Shown one piece after another: positions 1-13,817 of a stretch of 64,000 nucleotides of DNA. Position 1 is the first letter of the stretch. Every line of letters starts with the position of its first letter. A program made the translations under genes and the position numbers. The stretch comes from Callorhinchus milii. Lineage: Eukaryota. The stretch covers positions 80,786,001 to 80,850,000 of the forward strand of contig NW_024704742.1 in NCBI RefSeq assembly GCF_018977255.1. The letters are read 5' to 3'. A model generated the notes under the pieces. The model worked only from the letters and a program-made list of their open reading frames with translations. It was not told the DNA's origin and did not search any database.

Positions 1-750
1 GAGGTAAACTATCTAATCTGTGTTTGAAGGAATTAAAACTTCCTACTTCAACCGTCTCCCAAGGGAACCTATTCCACAAGTTTACTCACTGAAATTGCGT
101 TCTCGTAGATTTGTTTTGAATTCATCCCACTTCAATCGCAGGCCGTGGCCTCTGGCTTTAATATTCTGTAGCAGTTGAAACAGCCTCTCCTGATCTCTAT
201 TGTTGAGCACTCTTAGAATCTTAAAGACAGCAATCATATCATCTCTCAATCTTATCTTTTACAGCTTGAATATGCCTAATTTACTTAGTTGCTCCTCCTA
301 GTCGAATCCCTCCATTCCCTCAATCATTCTAGTTGCCCTCCTCTGTCTCCGATTTCTCCCATATCCTTTTTGCACTGCGGTGAACAAAACTGTACACAGT
401 ACTCTAAGTACAGTTCACAAATGATTTATACAGTGGCAGGATTACCCCACTATTTCGGCTTGCTATTGGTCTTCTGATACATTCCAACATCTGGTTTGCT
501 TTATTCACTGCCACAGAGAATTGTTGTGAGAGCTTCAATTTATTGCCAATTTGGACCCTCAGGTCCTTTTGCACACATATTATTTCCTTTCCATTTAAAT
601 AATAGTTCCTTCCTGGATTTTTTGTCCCCTTCTGAAGTACCTTACATTTCTCCACATTGAATTTCATCTGCCACCAGTCTGCCCAATTCCCAAGTATGTT
701 CAAATCCTCCTGTAACCTACCTTGTTCAGCTTTGCAATCTACCAACTTAT
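1..750 (-). mobile_element. CR1-clade LINE fragment (C-terminal RT region, degenerate)
   Basis: Minus-strand ORF 404..907 contains WADWWQMKFNVEKCKV and AVNKANQMLECIRR...VILPLYKSFV, typical of the CR1 ORF2 C-terminal region. It is frameshifted and runs off the window start. Confidence 0.85.
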
Positions 751-800
751 AATTTATACTTATAATGTACTTTATAATTATACTGTGAAGCGCTTTGAGT

Positions 801-3530
801 CGATCCTTGCTCTCACTGAAATCTGGATCACTCCAGGCCATACCTTTTCCTTTATTAAAGCCACGCCACCTGGCTATACCTTCCATCATGCCCTGTGACC
901 CAACCATAGTAGCAGTGGTACGGCCCTCATCTCCAGATCCTCACTAGATCTATCCTATTACCCCTCTGGATTCTTCTCCTAATTTGAGCATCTTACTTTC
1001 TACCATCCCTCCAATGTCTCCTTAAAAATCCTCCTCATCTATTGTCCCCCAAACCCTCCTCCACTTTCCTCTCTGACAACTCCATTATCTTGTCTTCCTT
1101 CCCTCTGCCTCTGTTCTGAACGCTTCATCATCTTGGGCGACTTTAACTTCCACTTCACCTCTTATTGCTCCACATCTGCTGACTTCTCCTCCTTCCTCCC
1201 CTCTCATAGCCTCTCCCTCCACATCAACTCCGACACTCACATCCATGGCCAAATGCTAGACTGGTGATCACCTGGGGCCTTAATATCTTTGAGGTCACCA
1301 TCACTGACAAAGACATTTCAGATCACTATTTCATCTCCCTTAATTCTTCCATCCCCCTCTCTGCCACCCACCCCACGTGTATCTCCTATTGCGTCTGGAA
1401 AAAAATACCCCTCCACGCCCTCTCCGCTGACTTGGAGGCATCTGAACTCCTACCCCTCTGGCCCTTCTCTTGCAATGACATACCCTCCTCGGTCACCTTT
1501 CTAAACAATTCCCTCTCGGCCAGCCTTGATACACTTGCCCGTCATTTCCCGCACCGCCTCCTATGCACACAAATCCCCCTGGTACCACAGCCACCTCTGC
1601 TCCCTCAAATATCAGGTGCTCTCTGCTAAATGCACCTGGCACAAATCCAAATTAACTGATCTGGAAGGACTGGACCAAGACCTACCACTCTGCCCTTGCC
1701 TCAGCTAAGTCATCCTTTTATTCCAAAATCATCTTGGAAGCTAAGGACAACCCCAGACTCCTTTTTCCACCATAAACTAACTCCTCCATCCACCCTCCCA
1801 TGCCTCTGCCATCCTATCCTCCAATACCAAATGCAAGGAGATGATACATTTCCTTGAGTCTAAAGTCAAGCGGATACACTCTGCTGCCTCTAGCCCCTCT
1901 ACCTGCACCCTATCCCCACTTCCTGTTCCCATTTCAGGCCCCCACTATCCCTCCTTCCACACTTTAGACCCTGTCTCCCCCTTTTCGCTCACCTCCATTA
2001 TTTCCCATATGAAACCCACCACGTCCTCCCTTGACCCTATCCCTACCCCTTTCCTCACCTCCTAGCTCCACCTCCTTGCCCCACTACTAACAGACCTTGT
2101 TATCCTCTCCTTGTCCACTGGCACTAGACCCATCCCCCTAAAGACAGCCATCATTATCCCTACCCTTAAAAAACCTTCCCTTGACCCATCTCTGCTCTCC
2201 AACTACCGCTCCATTTCAAATCTTCCTTTTCTATCAAAGGTCATGAAATGAGTCATCCCTTCTCAGCTTTGCTCTTTCCTCTCCCAGCAATCCCTCCATA
2301 AACCCCTTCAATCTGGGTTTTGTGCTGCTCACAGTACAGAGGCAGCCCTGGTCAAAGTGACAAATGCCATTCTGTCCACCCTTGACCAGGCTTTCACTGT
2401 CTCCTCATCCTACTCAACTTTTCAGCCGCTTATGATACTGTTGACCAGTCTATTTTTCTCCACTGCCTCTCCTCTTAATTCCACATCAATGGTTCTGTTC
2501 TTGCCTGCTTCCAATCCTACGTTTCCCACCAACTGCACTTCATGGGCACTAACGACTCCTCCTGTAGCCCCGCATTGTCACTGGTGGCATCCCTCAGGGC
2601 TCTGTCCTTGGTCCCCTCTTCTTCAATCTATACATGCTCCCGATTGGTGATATCATCCACAGGCATGGGGTCAATTTCCACATGTATGCGGATGACACCC
2701 AACTTTATCTCGCTGCCTCCACCCTCAACTCCAGGAACGTTTATGTCCTGGCTAATTGTCTGGCTGACATCAAGTCCTGGACAAGAACCAAGTTCCTCCT
2801 GCTCAACATTGGCAAGACAGAGGTCCTCCTGTTTGGTTCCCGGCAGCGCCTCCTCTCCTCAGCCGCTGACACTATCACCATCCATTGCTGCATTCTTCAC
2901 CTCACCGCGTCAATATGAAACCTCATGTCCTTTTCAACCTTCAGCTATCTTTCAAACCCCACATTTGTGCCATGACCTGTTCTGCCTTTCCACACCTCAG
3001 CAACATTTCCCGCCTCCGCCCCTGTCTCTCACCGCAGGCCGCCGACAGCCTGATCCACGCTTTCATTACGTCCCACCTTGACGACACCAACTGCCTTGTC
3101 ACTGAATTTCCCAACTCTTCCCTCCACAAGCTCCGGATTATTCAGAACTTGTGCAGCTTGTGTTCTCTCCTGTACCAGCCTCTGGGATCCTATCAAAACT
3201 GTTCTTGCCTGGCTTCACTGGCTCCCCATTCCTCAGAGAATTGAGTACAAAACCCTCGTTCTTACCTTCAAAGCCCTCCACAGTTTTGCTCACCCCTACC
3301 TCTCCAACCTCAAAGCCCCATATCAGTCTGTCCGCTCCCTCCGCTCAGCGGACACCAGTCTGCTTCAGGTCCCCCGTACTTCCCAGCCCAACATTGGCTG
3401 TCGGGAATTGAGCATCTCTGGCCCCACACTCTGGAAACTCTATCCTGCAATCCCTATGCCTCACCCCCTATCTTGCCTCCTTCAAGTCGTGTCTGAAGAC
3501 CTTCATCTTCGACCATGCCTTTGGTCACCC
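801..3530 (+). mobile_element. L2-clade LINE, long decayed ORF2 (APE endonuclease + reverse transcriptase)
   Basis: Remnant motifs in the expected order: ALTEIW (~808), IILGDFNFH (~1126), SDHYFI (~1318), PTTSSLDPIPT (~2014), HMYADDTQLY (~2679), LNIGKTEVLLFGS and LHWLP (~3213). Many stops and frameshifts. Confidence 0.9.
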
Positions 3531-3531
3531 T

Positions 3532-4130
3532 ATAGATGAGGTAAAGAAGAGGGCAAGGATGGAGCCCTGGGGTATCCTGCAAGTTACCAGGCGGGGGTGG
3601 GAGGAGAAACCATTTGCCGAGATGAAATGGAGGTGGTTGGTTAATTAGTACAATGCGAGTGCGATCCCAATAAGTTGGATGAGGGAGGAGAGACAGTGGA
3701 GGAGGATAGCATGGTCAACTGTGTTGAACATGGCAGAGAGATCCAGGAGGTTGAGGAAGCAGAGGGAGCCCTGGTCACAGATAGAGAGAATGTTATTTGT
3801 GACTTTGACAAGCGCTCTCTCTGTGCTGTGGGCAGGGCCAAATCTAGACTGCAGGAGCTCAAGGAGGGAGTGGAGAGAAAGGTATGACCGAAGTTGACCT
3901 GCAACAATGCATTCCAGGACTTTAGCAAGGAAGGGTAGGTTGGAGATGGGATGGTAGTGTGAGAGATTAGAGGGATCGAGGGTGGGTTTTTTGAGGAGAG
4001 GTTTGATAACAGCAGTTTTCAGGGGGAGTGGAGCAGAGCCTGAGGAGAGAGACTGGTTGATCATGTTGGTCAGCAGGGGGGAGAGAAGGGGGAGAGTGAC
4101 CAGCAGCTGGGTGGGGAAGCGGTCAAATGG
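3532..4130 (-). mobile_element. L2-clade LINE RT fragment, inverted relative to the neighbouring copy
   Basis: ORF 3645..4064(-) reads KTAVIKPLLKKPTLDP...YHPISNLPFLAKVLE...HSTERALVKVTN...LLDLSAMFNTVDH, the N-terminal RT motifs of L2/CR1-group LINEs. Confidence 0.85.
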
Positions 4131-5098
4131 TAGATAACGATTTTAAGTTCTGGACAGTATGAAGTTGGAGCTTAATGACATAGACTGAAACGCTGGCTGG
4201 CATAACCAATGGGGGAAGATCCGACAGTGAGCCAGAATTTCTGTCTCAGTATAATTACAATACTAGTACCTGCATTAATCAGCGTTTTTGGCACTGGTTT
4301 TTTTCTGAGCTGTAAAATGCCGGCAAATGCTGGTATTAGCATCGTAATTGTTTGAATCCTGATAGCAGAAGAATAGCAAATAAGCCGTCATTGTTTGCTG
4401 GATCGAAACAGAATCAAAGTCGATATCCCTGGTTCCTGAAGGCCAGCAAGCATAGTGAGGTAGGGGAAGCTAGGCGTGTGGTGGTTGGGAGGCTACACAC
4501 ACGCGAACCTGCGGAAAGGTTGGAATTCCGGATACTCGGAGACTGGTAAGTCAGGTGTTTACTAACTATATAGTTCTGTCTAACTCCTAATTATTTTTTA
4601 AGGTGGGACAAGAAAGTTTGTCTGAGCAAATAATTCGATTGTAATATAAAATATAATTGGAAATAATGTTTTTTTTTCTCTCCCTGGAGCAGAAAAATGA
4701 ATTTTTCGCATTGTGAGTTGCAGCTTTTGATTAACAAAGTGGAGAGCGGCATTTATATATTTCATGATTCATTTGGTAAGCCAAGCATTATGATGCCAAG
4801 CAAGTGGTCTGGTAATCCTGCACTACAAAGGTGAACACAATGCCATGTCTAGAATAAGCATACAACTGACAAATTACTCTTGTCTGCAGTCACGGGAAAT
4901 GTATCTTTTACCCAGCACATCATTGTTCTCAATGGAGTTACTTACGATGTACCAAATAGCTGCTGATTCTTTCCCAGTGCTCATTGACTAAGAAATTCCC
5001 TACACATGGGAAGGTTAGAAGAAAGTTTTTTTTAATATCTATATAGATAGCACTATCGGGATAACCACAAGTGGTTATTGAAAGTCTTATATGTTGAA

Positions 5099-5575
5099 CA
5101 CAACAACAACAAAATTACATTTGTATAGCGCCTTTCATGGCGGGAGGATGTCCCAAGGCACTGGACATTGTACAGCATTTCAGACCCAAGCTGGGGTCAG
5201 GGGGTGGGGAGAGGGGGAGGGAGGGGAGGGGAAGGGGGGTGACCAATGGCATGGTCGAAGAGGAGGGTTTTGAGGTGGGACTTGAAGGAATCTAAGGAGG
5301 GGGCGAGGCAGAGTGTTTGGGGAATGAAATTCCAGAGGTTGGGAGCAGAGTGGCTGAAGGCTCTCCCCCCAGTGGTGGGGGTGGGTGGATCAGGTGACAT
5401 GGAGCAGGCCAGAGTCGGCTGAGCGAAGGGAGTGGGCGGGTTGGTAGAGGGTTAGGAGGTCACAGAGGTAGGGTGGGTCGAGGCCATGGAGGACTTTGAA
5501 GTGAAGACCAGGATCTTGAACTGGTTCCTCTGAAGGATAGGGAGCCAATGGAGTCGGTCGAGAATGGGAATCACA
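5099..5575 (-). mobile_element. L2 LINE 3' end with (TTG)n tail
   Basis: GGRAFSHSAPNLWN...FKSHLKTLLF on the minus strand. The tail reads caacaacaacaaaattacatttgtatagcgcctttc on the + strand. Confidence 0.85.
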
Positions 5576-5635
5576 AAACACTTCACTGGATTTGCTGTAA
5601 AGTGCAGTCAGTAACTGTGTATTTTGTAGGCTCAC

Positions 5636-5912
5636 ATAATAATAATAATCCTTGGATTTGATATAGCACTTTTCACATCTTCTAGTCATCTCAAAGCGCT
5701 TCACAGAATGTACTGTAAAATGAATTGACTGTGTATTTGTGGGTGAAACATGGCAGCCAATTGGGCACAGCAGTGTCCCACAAACAGTTGTGGATTGAAG
5801 TGAACAATTTATTATTGGGTTTTCTTCATGAGGGATTGTTATCAGGGGTGTGGAGTAAGGAAACTTGCCTAAGGTTTCGCCCTGCCAAGAATCGAACCCA
5901 GGTCTTTCGCAG
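5636..5912 (-). mobile_element. tRNA-derived SINE (same family as 46981 and 53656), 5' part degraded
   Basis: Reverse complement of the family body (tgtgggacactgctgtgcccaattggctgcc), a B-box remnant (gggttcgattc) and an (ATT)n tail. Confidence 0.85.
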
Positions 5913-8104
5913 TCTGTGATCTTCAAAAAAAACAGGAAGTTCTGGCTGATAACAGGTATGCAATTCCTCTTGATGACAAAGACCCGGAGACATGGTATTT
6001 CTTATAATTAGGAAGCCAGACATCTCATGATAGAATAATTAGAAAGTAACTATTAAGTAGAATAAGATAAGTAGTTTTATTATCCTGAAAAGCTGCTTAA
6101 ACCGCAAGCTAAGCACCAAGATTAGAATTTTCACCTGCAACAGCATCTTCATCCTTAAAATGCCCTGCTTCATATCCCCGCCTGATCCACCCCACCATCT
6201 GCAGCGTTACTGTCAGCCCTTCTGCTCTTTTCAGTCACTCTAAGCTTTCAGCCATTTTGGAACTCCCCAGGGCACTGTTGATAACAGCACAGCCAACCTG
6301 GCTCATCGTCAGGACTTCGAAGGGCAGACCAGTCACTGGGGCAGGTAGTCATCCGACTCAGCTCCTGTTAACCCTGCAAGCCAAAGCCCTAACAGGTAGG
6401 GTGGTCCTAGCTACACAAGCAGCGGGAAAGCTTGCCAGACTCTCCACCTTACCCCTTTCCTTGTCACTATTAAAGTCTTCCTTTTAATAATTTCCTTTTT
6501 GACCGTGCTTTTCATCAGCTTCCCCTCCTCAGCTTTCTCTCCTCCCTTCCTCCCCCCACCCCCCCACACAAAACATCAGGCTCCCAGTAAGATGCGTGAA
6601 GTGCTTTGAGACAGTCTCCGAAAGTGCAAAGCGAAATATATATAATAAATGTACATTGTTGTTACCGTTCTTGTTGAAATTCTACCCCTTTGTTATCAGA
6701 ATAAAGATATAAAAGATTCTGGAGAAAGAGTAGGGTAACAGGATTAAAACTGAGATAGCTTTAATCGGGAGATAGCTCAGCACAGGCACAAAGTAGTCAA
6801 ATGGCTTAATTCAATGCTGCATTATATTTGATTCCACATGACATTCTGGAGTGATGATTGAAATAGAAAGAAGATGGATAAAAAAGTAGAAGTAACAAAT
6901 TGTTACACTATACAGAGTTTGGAAGTATTAGTAGACCGTGGATAATAATATGACCTGAGTCATAGTCCTATAATAATCTTCCTGGCTCCCAATTCACCAA
7001 CCCATCTTTTTGAAACTCATCTTATTTGTCTCAACATAGAATATTATGTGTTTTAGCTGAACTGATTGACAAGGTATCAAGACAAGGTATCAGTCACTGA
7101 ACAAGGTACAAATGCATTCTCAAACACATGAAAAATTATTGGAGGGAAATTATTCACATATGGTCTCAGGAAAATAAGAACCATTGTACTTTATATACTA
7201 TTATTCATCTATATTTCGACATCTATCTTTATACGTACTCTTCAATCCTGTTGAAAGAAATACTTATTTATTTTCTTAAAAAGATTGTCCAATATAGAAT
7301 AGAATACACACTCTCTTTCCAGATGGACCAGTGCAATTTGTGAAAAGGCAAGGCTCTGGGACCCCAGAGTGTGTTTTAGTGCACTGCTGGAGTTCAACCA
7401 ACAAATAGCTTGAAATTGCATGCACTGTTTGGCAAACTTCGCTTTCCTTGTCCAGCTGGGAGCACTTCACGTTTTCGGGCTTTGGTTTGCTTAAGAGCTT
7501 AAGAGTAAGTGGATTCACCCGGCTTGGAAATGAAATTGACAATTGAAACTACAACAGAGGAACAGCTTGATTCTGATACTCCAATGTTTCACCCCCAAAA
7601 TTCAATAAATTCACTTTACAGTATATTCTATGCAGCGCTTTGAGACATCTCAACAATGTGATAAGGTGCTATATCAAATGCAAAGATTATTATTATTGCA
7701 AGGCACATCACCTTGGAGCTACTCAGCTCCAAAGAGACCTCACCCCTTCCCCCCCCCCCCCCCCCCCACACACACAGAGGAATAATCACAAGTTGGTCTT
7801 TAGACATCCAACAAGCGAATTTCCTGTAAGCTTCCTAGTGTACATTCACAAACTAGGACTCAGAAGTTTCAAAGTTTCCAAGTTTCCTAATCAACTATTT
7901 GATGGACACCCGCTTTCAGCATGGTGGGAGGGCTTTTACAGGACAGCTTGTGACTCCAGCCATCTTGATGTTCTACAGCAAGTTGTCATTAGCAAATTGA
8001 CTCAATACCAACTGCTTAATCCCGGCCCTAATGTTTTGGCTTTGGCAAACAGACATTAACATCGGTGTCCAGTGTGCTGAATAACAGGTCAGTGAAAACC
8101 AGGA

Positions 8105-9404
8105 TGTGAAATTTTTGGGTTCAAGCATTTGTCAGAAATCACACCAAGGATATTATTAAAATGTTTTATTCGCAAATATAAAACCACACAAGCATAAGCA
8201 TTACATTAGACCCAACTCATAATCATTACTCGTCGCACTTAAATGACTACTAAGGCATTATCTTAACAAGATACATTACTAAAGCTTACTAAATTACTAC
8301 TTACCAAAATACACTCAATACTAAAATTCTAAACATATATAAAAAANTTATGTGATATATGAAATGTGCCTAAATCATCTCTAACTTTTTGTATGCATGT
8401 TGGGTACATGTTTTAGTAAGTGGAAGAGATACTACCAATCTCTCCAGGAAAAAGGCAGGAAGTCGTGACGAAGTTATAAGGCTGGCACAAAAATTAAACA
8501 CTGTCCCTGGCTTGCTGCTGGCTGCAAACATTTAAGCCTAAACTTGTCCTCTTTGCGGTCCACTCTCTGGTGAGAGCTGGACTTATCCTCTTTCCTTCTA
8601 CCCGCTTCTTCTCTTTCTCCCTTTCTCCTCTTTCTACCTTTCTCCTCAGAGGCTCCTCAAAGGCTCTCCAGAGATTCGTCAGAGGCTCTTCTCGAGGCTC
8701 TTCCGAGTCTCCTCTTGAGGCTCTTCCAAGTCTCGTCGTGCGGCTCTTCCCGCAGCTCTTGCCGCAGCTCTTTTTTTCCTCTTCTTCTTTTACCCTCTCT
8801 CTCAACTAGTTTTGGCAATCGATTTTTATACCCTTTATCATACCCCTTTTTTCTACATTCTAACTCTTTCCCAAGACTTCTTTCTCACACTCTCTGCACT
8901 TTCCCAGGCATTCTTTTCCTATCTTCAAGTTGTTTCTCCTTGTACCAGCTAGTAGTATCTTCTGCAAGAGAACAATACTCCTCTTATTCCATCATATCTA
9001 GCCTGACCAAACCACCTGACTCTATGTCCCTGAAGTTTCGGTCCTTTTTCTAACTCTGTCCATGTGACCTGCTCACTTTAAGTTTTTCCTCAGTTTTAAT
9101 TGCTAGTTTGCATCCTATCCATTCTCCTGGTCCAATTATCCCAGGTTCCTATCTCTCCTGCCTGTAAGTCACATGCCCTTGTAAGCGCAGATGGCCTACC
9201 ATCCATTCTCTAGATTCAGCTATCCTTATCTTCCCTGGCCATGGATCACAAACCCTTGTACTCCTAGCTCGGTGCCCCTTTCTAAGACTGTGTGTGTGTG
9301 TGTCACATGGCAGTTTTTATTTCTTTAATTCATTCTACTTAATTCATTTATTCATTACATGATCAATACTAATGATTCTTATACTATAATCCCAACTATT
9401 TACA
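8105..9404 (-). mobile_element. Possible ~1.3-kb solo LTR
   Basis: TG...CA ends with an imperfect inverted repeat (TGTGAAATTTTTGGGTT vs reverse complement TGTAAATAGTTGGGATT) and flanks AGGA/AGGG. On the minus strand there is TATAAAAA at 8830-8823 and AATAAA at 8170-8165. Internal GAGGCTC/GCAGCTC short repeats. Confidence 0.45.
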
Positions 9405-9949
9405 AGGGCTCTCCCTTCCTGCAGCCACTTTCACTTTTCAAATAGCATAAACAGAGGACAGAACAAAACCATGTAAACATCACCTGTTAAAATTCGCCCC
9501 AGCACCAGCTTATCCATTCTGATCATCTGTTGCAAAAGACAAATTTTAATTCAATAGGTTAAATTGTCATAACATTGAAACCCTCAATTTTGTCTTAAGT
9601 CACTCAAGTGTCATTTTATCAAATGCCTTTAGAGAATCCAAACACATTATACCCATTGGTAAGTAATAGTCCACTACTGGGTTATATCCTGGAATAGTTC
9701 CAATCGATCGATAAGTACAGAAACTTCTTCAACTACAGTATTTCCTATTTCTTCTCCTTTGTGTTCTTCAGATGAGCATTGAAAGAAGGATGCCTTAAAT
9801 ATATCTGAACATTTCACCCACTATAAATACCAGTTTAACTTATACACAATCGCATCATTGATATCTTACTCCTTTTTGAATAGAAGAGTAAATTTAGTTA
9901 TCTTCTACTTCTCAGAATAATGGTTAAAAATAATTTATTATTGATGCAT

Positions 9950-10170
9950 TATTTCCATCGCCTCTTCCTCTGTGATCACCTGCAACTCCTCTGCTCAGAT
10001 TCCACTAGTCTGTTTCATGTATCCCGCTTGATCCACCCCACGAATGCTAGGCAAGCTTTTCGCCGTTGTCCCCCTCCTCTCTGGAACGCTCTGCCTCTTA
10101 CCTCTCTCCCCTCCTTTAAAACCTGTCTTAAAAATTACTTTTTCATCCGTTCTTTCAGTCAGCTTTAAAC
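9950..10170 (+). mobile_element. L2 LINE 3' fragment
   Basis: RQAFRRCPPPLWNALP...SFKTCLKNYFF, a degenerate L2 ORF2 C-terminus. Confidence 0.7.
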
Positions 10171-12399
10171 CCTCACCCTCCTCAGCTCCTTCTGTGAATC
10201 AGTTTCTTGTCGGACATGTCTATTTGCGAAAGCCATTCATATAAAGACCTAAATTAAGCAGTTAGTGCTGAGTAAGTCTGGTACGTTGTATTGGACTTGG
10301 ACCTCAAGAATATCAAAGTGGCTGGCATATCACTTCTGCCCTCCTCCAGCTAGAGCTCCCGTCAGCTATGTGAAGCACTTTGAGGTGACCTGATCTGAAA
10401 GTGCTATATAAATGTAAATTGTTGTATATATTTGGGACCTTTCATGTAAAGCCTTTGGCAATGAATCTGTGTGTGATGTGTGAGCATTGACTTTGAGGAT
10501 GGTCACATTGAATTACAGCATACACGACTGGCCCTCCGTCAAATATTCATGTGGAGGTGATGTTATAGTATAGAAATGATTCAGCTATAAAGTAAATGTC
10601 TCAATCACTTTAAAGAACAAAATTCATTAGAAATGAGATCATGGTTAGTAAGCTTCTTGAAAGGTTAAGCAAAAGCTTTTCTGCATTCAATTCTTTCAGA
10701 ATCCTACAATAGATCTCACCAGGTGGCACGGTATAAGTAATATGAACAGCATTCAAAGAAATTGGAAACAATTAAGCAGATGGGCTTAAGAGTGGGAGAT
10801 GGATTTTAGTGCCAATAAATACAAGATATTGCAACAAAAACCATAAAATGTGAACACAACACACACAAATTAATTAGTGAAGGTGGAGAAGAGGAAAGAT
10901 TTAGGTGTGATTATTGATCATTCACTGAAATTTTCCATCAATGTGAAATTTAAGTATAGTATGTGATTAGTGTTGCAGATTTAAATTGTTAGGCAAAATA
11001 AATGATCCTGTAGATAACTTGTGAAGCCATATTTGGAATCTGTCTATCCTTTCAGCTAACTGTTGCTCGCTGTGTGTGTTCCTGACCTCTCCATGCCCCC
11101 ATCGATGACTGAGCCTTCAGTTCCTGTGATGACCCTCCGGAACTCCTCTCTACCTTTCTGTCTCACTGTCCTCTTTCTGCCTTTCAGTTCTGCCTCAAAT
11201 CCTACTTCTTTCAAAGAGCCAATGCTCATCTCCCTCTAATCCCCCACCCCGACTCCCACTCCCCTGCTCCACCACCCACCCCCACCGCCCCCCTACCTTG
11301 CTCGGCAGCAAACCCTTTCCTGGTAAAAGCAATTTTACTTTTTCATCCCACAAAAACTATCCCATTAAAACATCCTTTCTACTCCTGACCTCATTGTGAC
11401 CGCATTGGTAAAAATATGGATTTAGATAAGAAAACACAGCTTTACATTGACAAAAACAGTGACATGAGATAACAAAGCTCAACCTTCTCCGATTAGGACA
11501 CGAAGACCATCCCATTATCACACACCAACAACGTTTCATTTTTCTACCTCAAGACATGGTCTGGTGGTGTACCCTTTCTCCTCATTGAATGCCCCCAACC
11601 AAGCAAGGAAAGGATATAAATATCCTTCAGTTTATGTTACAAATGTCACACAATTATCAATACCTGTATAACCTCACTAGAAAGTACACCAGTAGCAGGC
11701 TGAGCAAAGACATTGGATAGAGAAAAGACCAACACAATTCTAGCATGATTACTAGCAAGTCACATTCCTAGCAAGATTACAAAAATTGCAAAGTACCGCC
11801 ATCAGCAAAATTTCCCTTGACAGTATAGCAGTACAAATGTTAAATAACTTCCGTAATAAGCGAAATGCATAACAAATCAGAATTATAATCAATTTAACCG
11901 TGTCTAAAGGTCTATAATGTTAAAGTGATTACAAATATGTTTCCTAATAGCAAAGCCTAGAAATAGTGTGTGTGTATATATATATATTCCCAAGATGCAT
12001 TATTCATATGTCAAGAGTAACACATCCATGATGCTTTAACAGTCTTATTCATAAAGAGTTACTAATGAAAACTGATGTGAAAAATTAATTTCACGTATTT
12101 GTCACTGTCCAGTTTTGTGATGAAAATTCAATCCAACATATCCCTTGAAAAGCAGTCCGCTTTTTCACAGTTTTGCTCTTGCAGGGTAGAAGGCTTGTCT
12201 TTTTCAATCTACTACTCTATTGTTTCTTAACAATTTTAATGCATTTCAGATATTCTCAAGTATCTTCCGTACCTTGGCTTGATTCTTTTATTGTGATTGC
12301 CTTTTCTGCTTAAATTACAACTAGCTTGTGATCTAATTTGTTGCTGTGGTCTTGGTGTAAATGTAATTTTCCTTTGTCCTGCACATATCCTTCTTTCCA

Positions 12400-13120
12400 T
12401 TTTACTTAAAATAACCTTTTTATAGGAAAAAAATTCTACTCTTATTTCATAGGTTTGCTATTCATTTAATCATTTAATTCTCCATAGAACTTGTCTCATG
12501 GCTCCTGACTTTGCTTTTCTAAAGCCTCACACCTCTACATTTTGGTCTCGACCTTTATTGTAATGTTAAACTGATCAATAATTATAGAAGTAAAATGTTC
12601 ACCTGCTTCTGGACAACAGTTAAAAACTGAATTCACTTCAGGTAACCTTCAGATGTTGTGTTGAGATGCAGTCAGTTATTACCGCTGTGAAATTGCTTTT
12701 ACTTTGACTCTTTCCTTTCAGCAGTCCCCGGTTTCCCCACTGTATCGCTGAAGTATTGAAATCCGCCATGGTTATGATTCTCTGCAGCCTCTCATTATTG
12801 TTGCCTAAGCTGTTCCCCTGCATATCTATTACTTTGTACTGCCACTCAATATTAGCTGTAAGCTTTCAATTTGTTGCTTTTTATCAATACTATTTTTTAT
12901 CTATATAGTTTCTGCCATATATCCTTATGTGGTTGAATCCCTTATGTGGTTAACTATATATCATCCCTCAACACTCATCCTATTCCTCTGTGCTGAGTGA
13001 TTATATGTTCCCGAAACATTCTGCACCACCTCACTCCATCTCTTGCTCTCTTTCTGTTCCCAGTAATGTTCAATGATGCCTACACTTCCAATATTGCATT
13101 CCTAACAATCATTATATGAG
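12400..13120 (-). mobile_element. Old CR1-like LINE endonuclease-region remnant
   Basis: Minus-strand IITMADFNTSAIQW resembles the GDFN..IDW endonuclease motif. The sequence is highly decayed. Confidence 0.45.
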
Positions 13121-13489
13121 TGTAAAAATATGTCAGGGCAAGCGACATTTGCTGAATATTATTAATAATGCGCATGTGGGCTGTCTTGAAGGATCTCACA
13201 GACCCAGGACAAAGCCACATCTTGCATATCCAAACTCAACGCAATCATGTCAGACTCCTCCACCAAAGAAAACTTAAAAAGGTCACAGACAGTCAGATGG
13301 AGGTAATTTCCGGTTCAACTACACAGAGTGGCAAACAACAAATGTTCCGCACCACACAGCACAAACACCATTTTCATAATCAACAGATAAAGAGTAAAGA
13401 ATAATAAAAGGCTACGTCATTAAGCATGTTAATTTAATACACAGTATATAAAATGTATATGTTTTTATACATTATTACCTCTAACTCTA

Positions 13490-13817
13490 TCCCTACCTCT
13501 CCAACCTGCTTACTCCCCAACCCACTATTCGCTGCCTCCGCTTGACTGGCTCCGGCCTCTTGCATGTCCCTCGTGCACTCCATTCCACCATCGGTGGTAG
13601 GGCTTTCAGCCACTATGCCCTCAAACTCTGGAACTCTCTTCCTCTATCCTTCTGCCTTGCCCCTTCCTACCCCATCTTCAGATTGTGCCTGAAGACCTTC
13701 CTATTAAACCGTGCCTATGGTCATCTCCCTGGCTCGTCATCGTGCTGCGCCACTGTCAAGTGCTCTGGGAAGGTACACTGCATGAGGATGCTATATAAAT
13801 GCAAGTTGTTGTTGTTA
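13490..13817 (+). mobile_element. L2 LINE 3' end
   Basis: SGLLHVPRALHSTIGGRAFSHYALKLWNSLP...LKTFLL, followed by the tail gctatataaatgcaagttgttgttgtt. Confidence 0.85.

Noticed and set aside
801-3530. Intact, active LINE or domesticated RT gene
   Set aside because: ORF2 is broken by many stops and frameshifts, and ORF1 and the 3' tail are missing.
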